From Patescibacteria group bacterium (GTDB lineage: Bacteria > Patescibacteriota > Minisyncoccia > Phycocordibacterales > WO2-35-19), in the NCBI GenBank assembly GCA_038056395.1, contig JBBUFS010000004.1, positions 884 to 64,883 on the forward strand: a stretch of 64,000 nucleotides of DNA. The letters are read 5' to 3'. The notes beneath the pieces were generated by a model, which had not been told where the DNA came from, ran no database searches, and saw only the letters and a list, made by a program, of their open reading frames with translations. How positions within the stretch are numbered: position 1 is the stretch's first letter; every line of letters begins with the position of its first letter. This document shows positions 42,941 through 52,419 of the stretch, one piece after another. The translations under genes and the position numbers were made by a program.

Positions 42941-43881
42941 TTTTTATTGAGATCGCTTGTGTAAAGAAAATCTTTGCCTAGCGGTTTTTTAAGTTTATAT
43001 TTTAATACATGCGCCGTGCTTGGTGTGTGAGGAATGATTACATAATAATCGCCTAAATCGTGAGTCCTAATAGCTTCCTCTTGGGTTATCAGAGTTTCAT
43101 GGATTTTCTCTCCCGGCCTCATCCCCACTACTTTAATTTTTTTATCCGGAGCTAGAGCTTTAAATAGATCGGAAATTTTCATTGAAGGAACCTTCGGCAC
43201 AAATATTTCACCCCCTACCATATTCTTGATGGCGTATGATACTAAATCAAAGCATTGATCCAATGTGATCCAAAAACGAGTCATGTCGTTGTCGGTAACA
43301 TGCAGCGGATCGTTATCTTTACGATTTAATATCGTGTCAATAACACTTCCCCTGCTGCCAATTACATTGCCATAACGAACAACGCTTAAACATGTATTAT
43401 TACCTTTTGAATAAACATTGCTTGATATAAAAAGCTTCTCCGCGCACATCTTGCTGGCCCCGTAAAGATTAACGGGACTTACCGCCTTATCGGTAGAGAT
43501 AAGAAGGATCTTCCCGACTTCCCTGTCTAGAGCGGCTGTTACAATATTTTGAGTGCCTAAAATATTTGTTTGAATCGCTTCAAATGGGTTGTATTCCAAA
43601 GCTGGCACCTGCTTTAATGCGGCGGCATGCACCACGATATCCACACCATCAAAAGCCATACGCAACCTTGATAAGTCTCTAATATCCCCCAAGAAAAAAC
43701 GCAATATATTATTATAAGCCGCCAATTCCTGTTGCATCTTAAATTGTTTTAATTCGTCCCGACTAAAAATAATAATCTTTTTGGGCTTGAAATTAGTAAG
43801 AAGAAACTTAATAAAACTCTGGCCAAAAGAGCCGGTGCCTCCGGTTATTAGAATGGTTTTGTTGTTATACATGGTATACAT
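42895..43881 (-). CDS. pseB: UDP-GlcNAc 4,6-dehydratase (inverting), PseB/FlaA1/CapD-short type
   Basis: ILITGGTGSFGQSFIKFLL...KKIIIFSRDELKQFKM ... DGVDIVVHAAALKQVP ... YGASKMCAEKL; near-identical motif layout to C. jejuni PseB. Confidence 0.85.
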   Translation of the reverse strand: MYTMYNNKTILITGGTGSFGQSFIKFLLTNFKPKKIIIFSRDELKQFKMQQELAAYNNILRFFLGDIRDLSRLRMAFDGVDIVVHAAALKQVPALEYNPFEAIQTNILGTQNIVTAALDREVGKILLISTDKAVSPVNLYGASKMCAEKLFISSNVYSKGNNTCLSVVRYGNVIGSRGSVIDTILNRKDNDPLHVTDNDMTRFWITLDQCFDLVSYAIKNMVGGEIFVPKVPSMKISDLFKALAPDKKIKVVGMRPGEKIHETLITQEEAIRTHDLGDYYVIIPHTPSTAHVLKYKLKKPLGKDFLYTSDLNKKWLTTKDIRKIAGLV

Positions 43882-43990
43882 ATAAACATTTTATTATTTA
43901 TTTTGCAACAAAAAACATATGCGTATCTGCCCGCGATATGGTATTGAGAAAGGCCTCGAGCCATGATAAAATGGCCAAATTAAAGATAAA

Positions 43991-45988
43991 ATGGACGAAA
44001 AAACCAAAAATATAAACGATCCAAACAATCCGGTGATCCTTTTTATTCCCGAGGCCGGAATATATCCTTTTATAAGAGGGCTTTCTGTTTTGGGTGATTC
44101 CATAGTAAAACAGGGCGGTAAAGTGTTTGTTACTTATGATCCGGGAATTATGCTGCGCTCCCCTATTATGGTAAAGCATAAAATGCCGGTGAACGCTTCG
44201 TTGGAACAAAGAGCTGAAATATGCAAAAAAAATACGGAGATTTTGAAAAAAGTTTTGTCAAAATATAAATTTTCACCAATAGATATTTCTGAATTGGTTG
44301 ATGAAAAGCTTATGCAAGAAATAGAAAGTTTGGTTGCCGATAAAAATAACGATTTGGAAAACATAATTTATAGAGGTTTTCCCGTTGGAAAAGTCGCTCA
44401 GTACGACTTTATGCTTGAAACCAAATTTCCATACTCTCCAATCCTTTCCAATGAACGTAAGGCTTTGTATTCGGCCTATATAAAAAACACGGCTCTGACC
44501 ATAGCCATAACTGACCGTATTTGCCAAAAACACAAGCCCTCTCTGCTTGTAACATTTAATGAATACGCCCAAAGTCAGGCTGTGAGATATAGCGCAGATA
44601 CTCACAACATATCGCGTATGGCCTTAACATATCCGGTGCATTTTAATATAGATGCATCAAGATTTCTAATTTGGAAATCCACATTTTCATTATTTTTTTA
44701 TCTTCATTGTCAAAAGTGGAACGACATAAAAGATATTCCCATAGTTCCGCAATATATAAAAGAATGTTGGGATGATGTTGTGTTTCGCCTTTTTGGCGCG
44801 GGGGGGTCGCATATATTTTCCACCAGAAAGGAAGGCGACCCGGCTAATGTCTTCAATAAATTAAAACTGGATCCAAAAAAGAAAACTGTTGTGGCCTATT
44901 CCAGCAGTCGCGATGAACGTCCAGGTTTGGACACCATAATGAAAGTGTGGGGGGAAGATTCGAAGGTTGTCGACGCTTTTCAAAATCAAACAGAATGGCT
45001 TTCGGTTTTGCGCGAATACGCCGCCAAACGGGATGATATTCAAATTGTGGTCCGCATTCATCCGCGAGAAGGCAAGAGGCAGTTTGGTTTTGATTCCCAA
45101 CATCTGAAACAGCTTAAAGAAAAATTCACCGAAAACGCTTCAAATTTTATTATTGTTTGGCCAGATGATCCTATTTCAAGTTATGACCTGGTGGAACTGG
45201 CTGATATTTGTTTGATAGCTTGGTCTTCTATGGGCCATGAAGCGACCAGACTGGGAGTGCCGGTGCTTTCGTATGCCAGCAATCTGACTTATGTGGATGA
45301 TGATTTTATGCAAGTCGCCACTACCCCGGAAGAATACTTGAAAAAATTGGATTATATTATTGATATGAAATATGCTTGGCGACACCTTGTTAAAGCAGTG
45401 CGTTTTTACCATTGGCGCACTTTTATTCCTTCGCTTGATTTGGGAGAAACTGTTCCTGTTGATTTTGGAGATGACACTATATGGCCGGAGGCTCCAGAGT
45501 CTATGGTTCCAGTAATAAACGATATTTTATCAGGCAAACAAGACCTTATTTCTTACAATATAAAAAAATGGCAAGATTCTCTGAATGATGATTCCCTAAA
45601 AGAAGAATCTGAGGCCATGCGAAAAGGAATACGCTATTTTTTGGATAAAATATTTTACCCGCCAGCTGCTCCTAAAAATAATTTCTTAACAAAATTATAT
45701 AAACGAGTTTTGTATAAATTGATAAGAATTTGGCATCGCCTATCCTGGAATAGAAAATATCCAACCAAGAAAAAAGAGTATGATTTTACCGACTACAAGC
45801 TTGAGTACTACGATAATAAGTCCCGCGCCGAAGAGTTTCGCCTAAGAACCGAGGGGGACAAAAATTTGCGTGTTATCATTGCCGATGGACTTTATGCCGT
45901 ATTGGCGCACAATGGAAAGTTATCGCGTCGCATGTCTCCCATGGTTATTAAATTAGCCAAAATGCACTATGAATCAAGAGAGTATTAA
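43991..45988 (+). CDS. Capsule-polysaccharide-biosynthesis (KpsS/KpsC/LpsZ, PF05159-like) family protein; candidate CMP-nonulosonate (Pse/Kdo-type) glycosyltransferase
   Basis: C-terminal region IQIVVRIHPREGKR...IIVWPDDPISSYDLVELADICLIAWSSMGHEATRLGVPVLSY matches the KpsS/KpsC conserved block (KpHP...lyeLl..ad.VvtinSt.G.EAl..gkPV). Confidence 0.5.
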   Translation: MDEKTKNINDPNNPVILFIPEAGIYPFIRGLSVLGDSIVKQGGKVFVTYDPGIMLRSPIMVKHKMPVNASLEQRAEICKKNTEILKKVLSKYKFSPIDISELVDEKLMQEIESLVADKNNDLENIIYRGFPVGKVAQYDFMLETKFPYSPILSNERKALYSAYIKNTALTIAITDRICQKHKPSLLVTFNEYAQSQAVRYSADTHNISRMALTYPVHFNIDASRFLIWKSTFSLFFYLHCQKWNDIKDIPIVPQYIKECWDDVVFRLFGAGGSHIFSTRKEGDPANVFNKLKLDPKKKTVVAYSSSRDERPGLDTIMKVWGEDSKVVDAFQNQTEWLSVLREYAAKRDDIQIVVRIHPREGKRQFGFDSQHLKQLKEKFTENASNFIIVWPDDPISSYDLVELADICLIAWSSMGHEATRLGVPVLSYASNLTYVDDDFMQVATTPEEYLKKLDYIIDMKYAWRHLVKAVRFYHWRTFIPSLDLGETVPVDFGDDTIWPEAPESMVPVINDILSGKQDLISYNIKKWQDSLNDDSLKEESEAMRKGIRYFLDKIFYPPAAPKNNFLTKLYKRVLYKLIRIWHRLSWNRKYPTKKKEYDFTDYKLEYYDNKSRAEEFRLRTEGDKNLRVIIADGLYAVLAHNGKLSRRMSPMVIKLAKMHYESREY

Positions 45989-46919
45989 AAAAGAAAACGC
46001 GCCTATTGCTCTATTCGTTTATAACCGTCCAGAGCATACTAAGAGAACAATTAGTGCTTTGAAGCAGAATAATCTTGCTAAAGAGAGCGATCTTTTTATT
46101 TTCAGTGACGGCTCCCAACTTCGTCGAGACTCCGCTGGGCAAGGGAAAGATGAAGAAGCGAAACTTAAAGTTCAAAAAGTGAGAGATTATATAAAAACGG
46201 TTTCCGGATTCAGAAAAGTGGAGATTATTGAAAGAAGCGAAAATTTTGGTTTAGCAAAATCTATAATTTCCGGAGTGACAGAAATTGTAAATAAATACGG
46301 CAGAGTTATTGTACTGGAAGACGATTTGGTCACTTCTCCCCATTTTTTGGAATACATGAATGATGCCCTTGATTTGTATGAAAAAGAAGAAAAAGTCATA
46401 AGCATACACGGATATATTTATCCCATAAAAAAAGATCTGCCGGAGACATTTTTTATAAAAGGAGCGGACTGCTGGGGCTGGGCCACCTGGAAAAGAGGGT
46501 GGGGTCTGTTTGAATCGGATGGAAAAAATCTATTAGCGGAATTAGAAAAAAGAAATTTGATAAAAGAATTTGATTTTGACGGCGCTTATAATTACTCGGG
46601 TATGCTTAAAAGGCAAATTGAAGGAAAGAATGATTCCTGGGCCGTTCGCTGGTATGCTTCGGCCTTCCTTAAAAACAAGCTGACTCTTTATCCGGGCCAG
46701 TCTCTTGTTCAAAACATAGGGCAAGACGCCAGCGGCACCCATAAAGGCGACTCAAACGCACACCGGGTTATTGTTTCGGATAGAAAAATAAATGTTGAAA
46801 AAATTGAAATTATTGAAAATGGAAAAATTAAGAAAAGTATTATACAATATTTCAAGTCCCTAAAGCCAAGCGTTTTCGAAAGAATCAAATTGAAAATTTT
46901 GTTAAAAAATTCTAAATGA
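45969..46919 (+). CDS. GT-A-fold glycosyltransferase (GT2-like)
   Basis: PIALFVYNRPEHTKRTISAL N-terminal GT-A strand/helix, VLEDDLV (DxD-like). Confidence 0.45.
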   Translation: MNQESIKKENAPIALFVYNRPEHTKRTISALKQNNLAKESDLFIFSDGSQLRRDSAGQGKDEEAKLKVQKVRDYIKTVSGFRKVEIIERSENFGLAKSIISGVTEIVNKYGRVIVLEDDLVTSPHFLEYMNDALDLYEKEEKVISIHGYIYPIKKDLPETFFIKGADCWGWATWKRGWGLFESDGKNLLAELEKRNLIKEFDFDGAYNYSGMLKRQIEGKNDSWAVRWYASAFLKNKLTLYPGQSLVQNIGQDASGTHKGDSNAHRVIVSDRKINVEKIEIIENGKIKKSIIQYFKSLKPSVFERIKLKILLKNSK

Positions 46920-46928
46920 ATAAAAAAT

Positions 46929-47690
46929 ATGAAAGAAAAAATAAAATCTTTTGTCAAGAAATTTTCAGAAATATTATTTAAATATGAATGTCTTCTGGCA
47001 TCTAGGTGGGCGTCAAAAGCGCACGAACATCTAAAGTGGGCTCAATGGAGAATACTGCCACAGCCAGAATTTTTTGACCATCATATTGACTTGTATTATC
47101 AATGGCTGGAAAAAAAAGATCCTCTTTGGACAGAAAGGGGTGTTTTTAGTGGTTTGGCATTAAAAGGAAACAATGTTTTAGAATTGGCCTGCGGAGACGG
47201 TTTTAACGCCAGAAATTTTTACAGCTTAAAATCAAAACAAATCATCGCATGCGATTTTGATCCAAAAGCAATAAGAACGGCAAAAAATAAAAACCCGGCT
47301 TCCAATGTTGAATATATCCTGGCCGATATAAGAAGTGAAATGCCCCAAGGAAAATTTGATAACATTATATGGGATGCGGCAATTGAACACTTCACCCCAA
47401 AAGAAATAAACAATATTCTAAAAGAAATAAAAACACGATTGAATAAGGAGGGCATATTGAGCGGCTACACAATAGTCAAAAAAGACGACGGCCAAAAATC
47501 TTTGTCACACCATGAATACGAGTTTGAAAATAAAGAGGATTTATTAAATTTTTTGGCGCCCTTTTTTAAAAACGTGACAGTTTTTGAAACTATATTTCCT
47601 AGCCGCCACAATTTGTATTTTTGGGCTTCAGATGAAAGCGATCTCCCATTCGCAAAAAACTGGAAGCATTCCATAAGCCATAATGATTAA
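46929..47690 (+). CDS. Class I SAM-dependent methyltransferase
   Basis: VLELACGDGFNARNF (motif I), IIWDAAIEHFTPKE. Confidence 0.65.
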   Translation: MKEKIKSFVKKFSEILFKYECLLASRWASKAHEHLKWAQWRILPQPEFFDHHIDLYYQWLEKKDPLWTERGVFSGLALKGNNVLELACGDGFNARNFYSLKSKQIIACDFDPKAIRTAKNKNPASNVEYILADIRSEMPQGKFDNIIWDAAIEHFTPKEINNILKEIKTRLNKEGILSGYTIVKKDDGQKSLSHHEYEFENKEDLLNFLAPFFKNVTVFETIFPSRHNLYFWASDESDLPFAKNWKHSISHND

Positions 47691-48474
47691 AAACCTTATA
47701 AAAAATATCACCCCGCCTATTATTTTAAAACTCATAAAAGGAAGACCGAGGTACGGGTTTTTTGGAAATTATAAAGCTTGGCATGAAGCGCGGGCGGATT
47801 CCGGAGGTTATGATGATGAAAAAATTTTGGAAAAAGTAAAAGATTCTTTGCTTAAAGTTAAAAACGGCCAAGCGGCATACGAAAGGGACTCGGTTTTGTT
47901 TGATAAAATTCAATATTCTTGGCCGGTTCTTTCTGCTCTATTATGGATTGCTTCGCAAAACAACAATGAATTGATTTTGATTGATTTTGGAGGCTCTCTC
48001 GGCAGCAGCTATTTCCAGAATATGGGATTTTTGAAGCATCTCAAAAAGTTAAAGTGGAATATTGTTGAACAGAAAAATTTCGTTGAATGCGGCAGAAAAT
48101 TTTTTGAAGATGAACATCTTAAATTTTTTGGCGATATTGAAGATTGCTTAAAAGAAAATAATATCAATGTTTTCTTGGCTTCAAGTTCATTCCAATATCT
48201 TGAAGATCCTTACGCTTTTATGAAAAAGATAGTTGACCTTGATTTTAAATATATCGTTATAGACAGGACTCCATATTTCAAAGAAGAAGACCTTATCACC
48301 GTGCAAAAAGTAAATCCCAAAATCTATGACGCTAGTTATCCGGCTTGGATTATAAATGAAAGTAAATTTATTAAAATTCTTGAGCCGAAATATGATTTGA
48401 TTGCCGATTGGCAATCTTCTTTTGAAAAAATCGCGCTGCGGGGATTTATTCTAAGAAATAAAAAAAATGAATAA
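47683..48474 (+). CDS. Methyltransferase-like protein (TIGR04325-like family often adjacent to radical-SAM/sugar-modifying genes)
   Basis: LIDFGGSLGSSYF (glycine-rich motif I-like), FLASSSFQYLEDPYAFMKKI; family call from memory only. Confidence 0.4.
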   Translation: MIKNLIKNITPPIILKLIKGRPRYGFFGNYKAWHEARADSGGYDDEKILEKVKDSLLKVKNGQAAYERDSVLFDKIQYSWPVLSALLWIASQNNNELILIDFGGSLGSSYFQNMGFLKHLKKLKWNIVEQKNFVECGRKFFEDEHLKFFGDIEDCLKENNINVFLASSSFQYLEDPYAFMKKIVDLDFKYIVIDRTPYFKEEDLITVQKVNPKIYDASYPAWIINESKFIKILEPKYDLIADWQSSFEKIALRGFILRNKKNE

Positions 48475-50020
48475 AACCGCAAACAAAAAAGGCCCGGTTA
48501 TACTGGTGCCCAAAGATATTTCTTTTATTTTTCCATTTGGGTATGCATATCTGGCCGGTTATTTGATTGAAAAAGGCGAGGAGGTAAAGATTTTGTTCAG
48601 GCCCAATAATCCCTCCGATTTTAAAAAATTTGTCCGGCAAATAATTGATTTGAAGCCGGTATTAGTCGGTTTCGGCACTATTTATCCAGATCTTTATCCG
48701 ATCAAAGAGTTAGTGGGGCTTTTAAACAAAGCCGGCAGAAATTTCCCTGTCGTTGTCGGCGGCCAGATGGTAACCCCCACTCCGGATTTTGCCGTAGAAA
48801 TAACCGGAGCGGACTTCGGGGTAATCGGTGAAGGGGAAATTATTTTATACGAGCTGGTTAAAGCTTTGCGCCAAGACCAGGACGTTCATCAAGTCAAAGG
48901 TATCATAATCAATGAGAACGGCAAATTATTTTCTACCGGTCCGGGCGATTTTATAAAAAATATGTCCAAATTGCCGAAAATTCCGTATGATTTATTCCCC
49001 TCCGACAAATGGCTGAATATCGGGCGATATTATGTCGGGAAAGCCCAGCCCCATTGGCGGTACAATGATAAGGTGGTTGCCATTCACGGCGGCCGAGGAT
49101 GCCCTTTCAATTGCAATTTCTGCTACCATCATAGTCTGCCGCGTTATCGCTCCATAGACGATATGTTTGAAGGGGTGGAAATGTTGATAGAAAAATATAA
49201 CGCCAATATGTTGTATTTTGCCGATGATTTGGTATTAGCCACTCCGACCAGAGCCAAAGAATTGACCGAGGCGATAAGGCGGCTCGGCCGGAAAATTGAA
49301 TATTCGGTTTCCTGTCGTTTTGACATTTTAGATCGGCTGAGCGATGAAATGCTGCGCGAAATGAAAGAAACCGGCTGCCGGATCATGGGACTTGGCATTG
49401 AATCAGGTTCGCCAAGAATGCTTGGCATTATTGATAAAAGAATTACTCCTGAACAAATTATAAGAGGCATGCGGCGCTTGAAAGACGCCGGTATTCTGTC
49501 ATCAGTAAGCATTATGGTCGGACAATACACCGAAACCCCGGAAGATGTCCAGAAATCAATGGATTTGATGCTGGAAACTTTGAAGTACGACAAGAATGCT
49601 TTCTATGCTTTCTCTATCACCACCCCTTTCCCCGGCACTCAGTTGTACGGCATCGCCTTGGAGAAAAAGATAATCAAAGATCATTTGGATTTTTATAGAA
49701 AATTTAATTCAGAAAAAGGAATTGGCGGATTGTCGGTAAACCTTTCAGCCATGAGCGATGAAGAAGTGGTGGCCATGCATCAAAAAATAAAGAACGCTTA
49801 TTTGAAAAGAAAAAGGGAGCTGGTCGGCCGGAAAGTGATAGCGGCGGAAGCCGTCCGTTATTTTACCTATCGAGTTTACAACAAAATAGCCAGGAGAATC
49901 ATAGATCGACTGCCAGCGGGACAGCCGTTCGCGCTCATCAAAAAAATATACCACGAAAGCCACAATGCCATTCAGTTTTTGTTTGATAAATTGAGGCTTT
50001 ATTTATTGGATGTCAAATAA
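48467..50020 (+). CDS. Cobalamin(B12)-binding-domain radical SAM enzyme (class B radical SAM, probable methyltransferase)
   Basis: N-terminal B12-binding-like Rossmann region (VLVGFGTIYP...VVVGG...), radical SAM cluster motif GGRGCPFNCNFCYHH (CxxxCxxC), 517 aa. Confidence 0.75.
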   Translation: MNKTANKKGPVILVPKDISFIFPFGYAYLAGYLIEKGEEVKILFRPNNPSDFKKFVRQIIDLKPVLVGFGTIYPDLYPIKELVGLLNKAGRNFPVVVGGQMVTPTPDFAVEITGADFGVIGEGEIILYELVKALRQDQDVHQVKGIIINENGKLFSTGPGDFIKNMSKLPKIPYDLFPSDKWLNIGRYYVGKAQPHWRYNDKVVAIHGGRGCPFNCNFCYHHSLPRYRSIDDMFEGVEMLIEKYNANMLYFADDLVLATPTRAKELTEAIRRLGRKIEYSVSCRFDILDRLSDEMLREMKETGCRIMGLGIESGSPRMLGIIDKRITPEQIIRGMRRLKDAGILSSVSIMVGQYTETPEDVQKSMDLMLETLKYDKNAFYAFSITTPFPGTQLYGIALEKKIIKDHLDFYRKFNSEKGIGGLSVNLSAMSDEEVVAMHQKIKNAYLKRKRELVGRKVIAAEAVRYFTYRVYNKIARRIIDRLPAGQPFALIKKIYHESHNAIQFLFDKLRLYLLDVK

Positions 50021-50744
50021 AATAATGGGAAAGATTTCCGAGACAATAAAAAAACAACAATTCAATCCGGGACTCTTGGGTGTCTTTATCAATCCTTTTT
50101 ATCTTGTCAGACGAGAGTTGTACCGAAACATATTTTCATTGGCAAAACACATAAAAGGCCGTGTTCTTGATATCGGGTGCGGCAGCAAGCCTTACCAAAA
50201 ACTTTTTACGGATGCCAAAGAGTATGCGGGGATGGAATTTGATTCGGAAGCTAACAGGGCTAAAAAACAAGCTGATATTTTTTACGATGGCAAACGCTTC
50301 CCTTTTGAAGATTCCCGGTTTGATTCGGTTATAGCCACAGAAGTGTTGGAACATGTATTCAATCCGGATGAATTTGCAAACGAAATAAATCGGGTGCTCA
50401 AGAAAGGCGGGAATGTTCTTCTGACTGTTCCATTTGTTTGGGACGAGCATGAACAGCCTTATGATTACGCCAGATATTCTTCGTTTGGTCTTTCCCATCT
50501 TCTCCAAAAACACGGCTTTAAAATAATGGAAATGCGCAAGACGCTTGGCGACATAAGAGTTGTATTTCAGCTGATAAATTGCTATGTGCATAAAATAATT
50601 CCCGTGAAAAATTATCGTTTTAGATTATGTTTTTATGTTTTATTTATCGCGCCGTTCACTATCGCGGGTATTTTGATATCTTTTATTCTGCCGAAAAACC
50701 AGGATCTTTATATGAATAATATAATTCTGGCCAAAAAAATATGA
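50010..50744 (+). CDS. Class I SAM-dependent methyltransferase (Methyltransf_11-like)
   Basis: RVLDIGCGSKPY (motif I), FDSVIATEVLEHVFNPDEFANEINRVLKKGGNVLLTVP. Confidence 0.7.
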   Translation: MSNKIMGKISETIKKQQFNPGLLGVFINPFYLVRRELYRNIFSLAKHIKGRVLDIGCGSKPYQKLFTDAKEYAGMEFDSEANRAKKQADIFYDGKRFPFEDSRFDSVIATEVLEHVFNPDEFANEINRVLKKGGNVLLTVPFVWDEHEQPYDYARYSSFGLSHLLQKHGFKIMEMRKTLGDIRVVFQLINCYVHKIIPVKNYRFRLCFYVLFIAPFTIAGILISFILPKNQDLYMNNIILAKKI

Positions 50745-51691
50745 CCAGAAATTTCTGCACTTATTTTGATAAAAATTATCTTTTGAAAGGTCTGGCTTTG
50801 CACGGTTCTCTTTTGGAATTTTGTCCAAATTTTCATCTTTGGATTCTGTGTTTTGACGATGAAAGTCACGATGCCTTGAAAAAATTAAATTTGCTGAAAA
50901 CCAGTCTCATAAAACTTTCTGATTTTGAAGATGAAAAACTTTTGGCGGTTAAAAGCGGTCGTAAAATATCCGAATATTGCTGGACATGTACTCCTTCCCT
51001 ACCCCTTTATATTTTCAAGCAAAATCCGGATTTGGAAATGCTGGCTTATCTGGACGCTGATTTGTATTTTTACAATTCTCCAAACGAAATTTATGAAGAA
51101 TTTGGTCATAATTCAATAATGATAATTCCTCACAATTTTTCAAAAGACCAAAAATTCAGGGAGAAAACCAGCGGCATTTATAATGTAGGCATGCTTATTT
51201 TCAAAAATGACGCTAACGCTTTGGAGTGTTTAAATTGGTGGCGGGATAAATGTCTGGAGTGGTGCTTTGATTATTATGAAGATGGTAAGTTTGGCGATCA
51301 ACTTTACTTAAACGATTGGCTAAAAAGATTCAAAGGTGTCCATGTTTTAAAAAATCCCGGAGCAAATGTGGCCTCTTGGAATATCAGAAATTATGATTCT
51401 TCAAAATGGCCACTTATTTTTTATCACTTCCATGGGATAAGATTGTTCAATGTTTTTGGAAAAATAAAAGCAAAAAATCAAAATATCAATGGTATTGAAA
51501 ATAAATTTATTTTTACAAAATATTCTCAAACCCTTACTAATTGTTTGCATAATATTAAAAAAATAGACAAAAATTTTAATTGCAGGACAGAAAGCAATAT
51601 AAAATACTTGTTTTGGATAATAAAATATTTCTTGCAAAGAATAAAAAGTGTGTTATCTCTGTTTAATATCTTTCTGCTTATAAAAATATGA
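50741..51691 (+). CDS. GT-A-fold nucleotide-diphospho-sugar transferase (GT8-like)
   Basis: FCTYFDKNYLLKGLALHGSL...LWILCFDDES ... AYLDADLYFY (DxD). Confidence 0.45.
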   Translation: MTRNFCTYFDKNYLLKGLALHGSLLEFCPNFHLWILCFDDESHDALKKLNLLKTSLIKLSDFEDEKLLAVKSGRKISEYCWTCTPSLPLYIFKQNPDLEMLAYLDADLYFYNSPNEIYEEFGHNSIMIIPHNFSKDQKFREKTSGIYNVGMLIFKNDANALECLNWWRDKCLEWCFDYYEDGKFGDQLYLNDWLKRFKGVHVLKNPGANVASWNIRNYDSSKWPLIFYHFHGIRLFNVFGKIKAKNQNINGIENKFIFTKYSQTLTNCLHNIKKIDKNFNCRTESNIKYLFWIIKYFLQRIKSVLSLFNIFLLIKI

Positions 51692-52228
51692 TAATTTTTT
51701 GATTATGGGTATTTGGAGTGGCAATAAATTTTTAGGTAATTTATTTAATGGGAAAAATTTTTCTATCTGATTTTCTCTTTTTTTTCCTTTTAGTTCAGCC
51801 GTAAAAACAAAAGAAAATTCATGACCCCTAGGAGATTCACCAATATTTTTTCCAAAAGGTCTTTCAAACCAATCAAAAAAAGATTCTTTAGTTATTGGCA
51901 TTTTGATTTCTTCTTTACAAACTCTTTCTATGGTATTTCCTATCTTTTCCGTAGGAATACATACCCGACCGGGAATATGCCAACCCTTAAAAAATTTATC
52001 TTTCCTATAAGTTAAAAATATTTCTGGATTTTTGTCCTTATTTTTGATAACTATAACTTCGGCACAAACCGTACCAAAAACTTGACACCAAGCTTCAAAA
52101 ACTGGGAGTGGTGTCGGGAAAGAGAGTTTATTTATTAACCTTACTAGTTCTTTTTCTTCTTGGCTTGTTAAAGAAGTCATTAGATATAGTATCAAACCTC
52201 TGTGATATTTATAGCCTGGGCCGGGCAA
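51653..52228 (-). CDS. NUDIX-like hydrolase (degenerate Nudix box)
   Basis: KGWHIPGRVCIPTEKIGNTIERVCKEEIKM approximates GX5EX7REUXEEXGU with one insertion. The probable start is an internal Met (MTSLTSQEEK...), which avoids overlap with the upstream gene. Confidence 0.4.
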   Translation of the reverse strand: MPGPGYKYHRGLILYLMTSLTSQEEKELVRLINKLSFPTPLPVFEAWCQVFGTVCAEVIVIKNKDKNPEIFLTYRKDKFFKGWHIPGRVCIPTEKIGNTIERVCKEEIKMPITKESFFDWFERPFGKNIGESPRGHEFSFVFTAELKGKKRENQIEKFFPLNKLPKNLLPLQIPIIKKLSYFYKQKDIKQR

Positions 52229-52419
52229 CCCTCTGCCGCTTCTTTCACTTTTTTTAATTGTTCATCGGTTAATTCTATTAACAATGTCTCTACCAGCTCG
52301 CCATTTTCGTTTAGTTTGCCCTTAAAATCTTTTTCATCGTACTTAAACAATTCCGGCGCGCAGTTCATGCAGAAACTGCAGCCGATGCATTCGTTTTGAT
52401 TTATGGTTATTTTAGCCAT
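52192..52419 (-). CDS. Small [4Fe-4S] ferredoxin
   Basis: 75 aa; CIGCSFCMNC...C(P) cysteine pattern; immediately downstream of, and overlapping, a radical SAM gene. Confidence 0.65.
   Translation of the reverse strand: MAKITINQNECIGCSFCMNCAPELFKYDEKDFKGKLNENGELVETLLIELTDEQLKKVKEAAEGCPAQAINITEV

Noticed and set aside
44134-45412. Several minus-strand ORFs (76-110 aa) inside the KpsS-like gene
   Set aside because: Antisense shadow ORFs; the plus-strand 665-aa frame carries the conserved family block.
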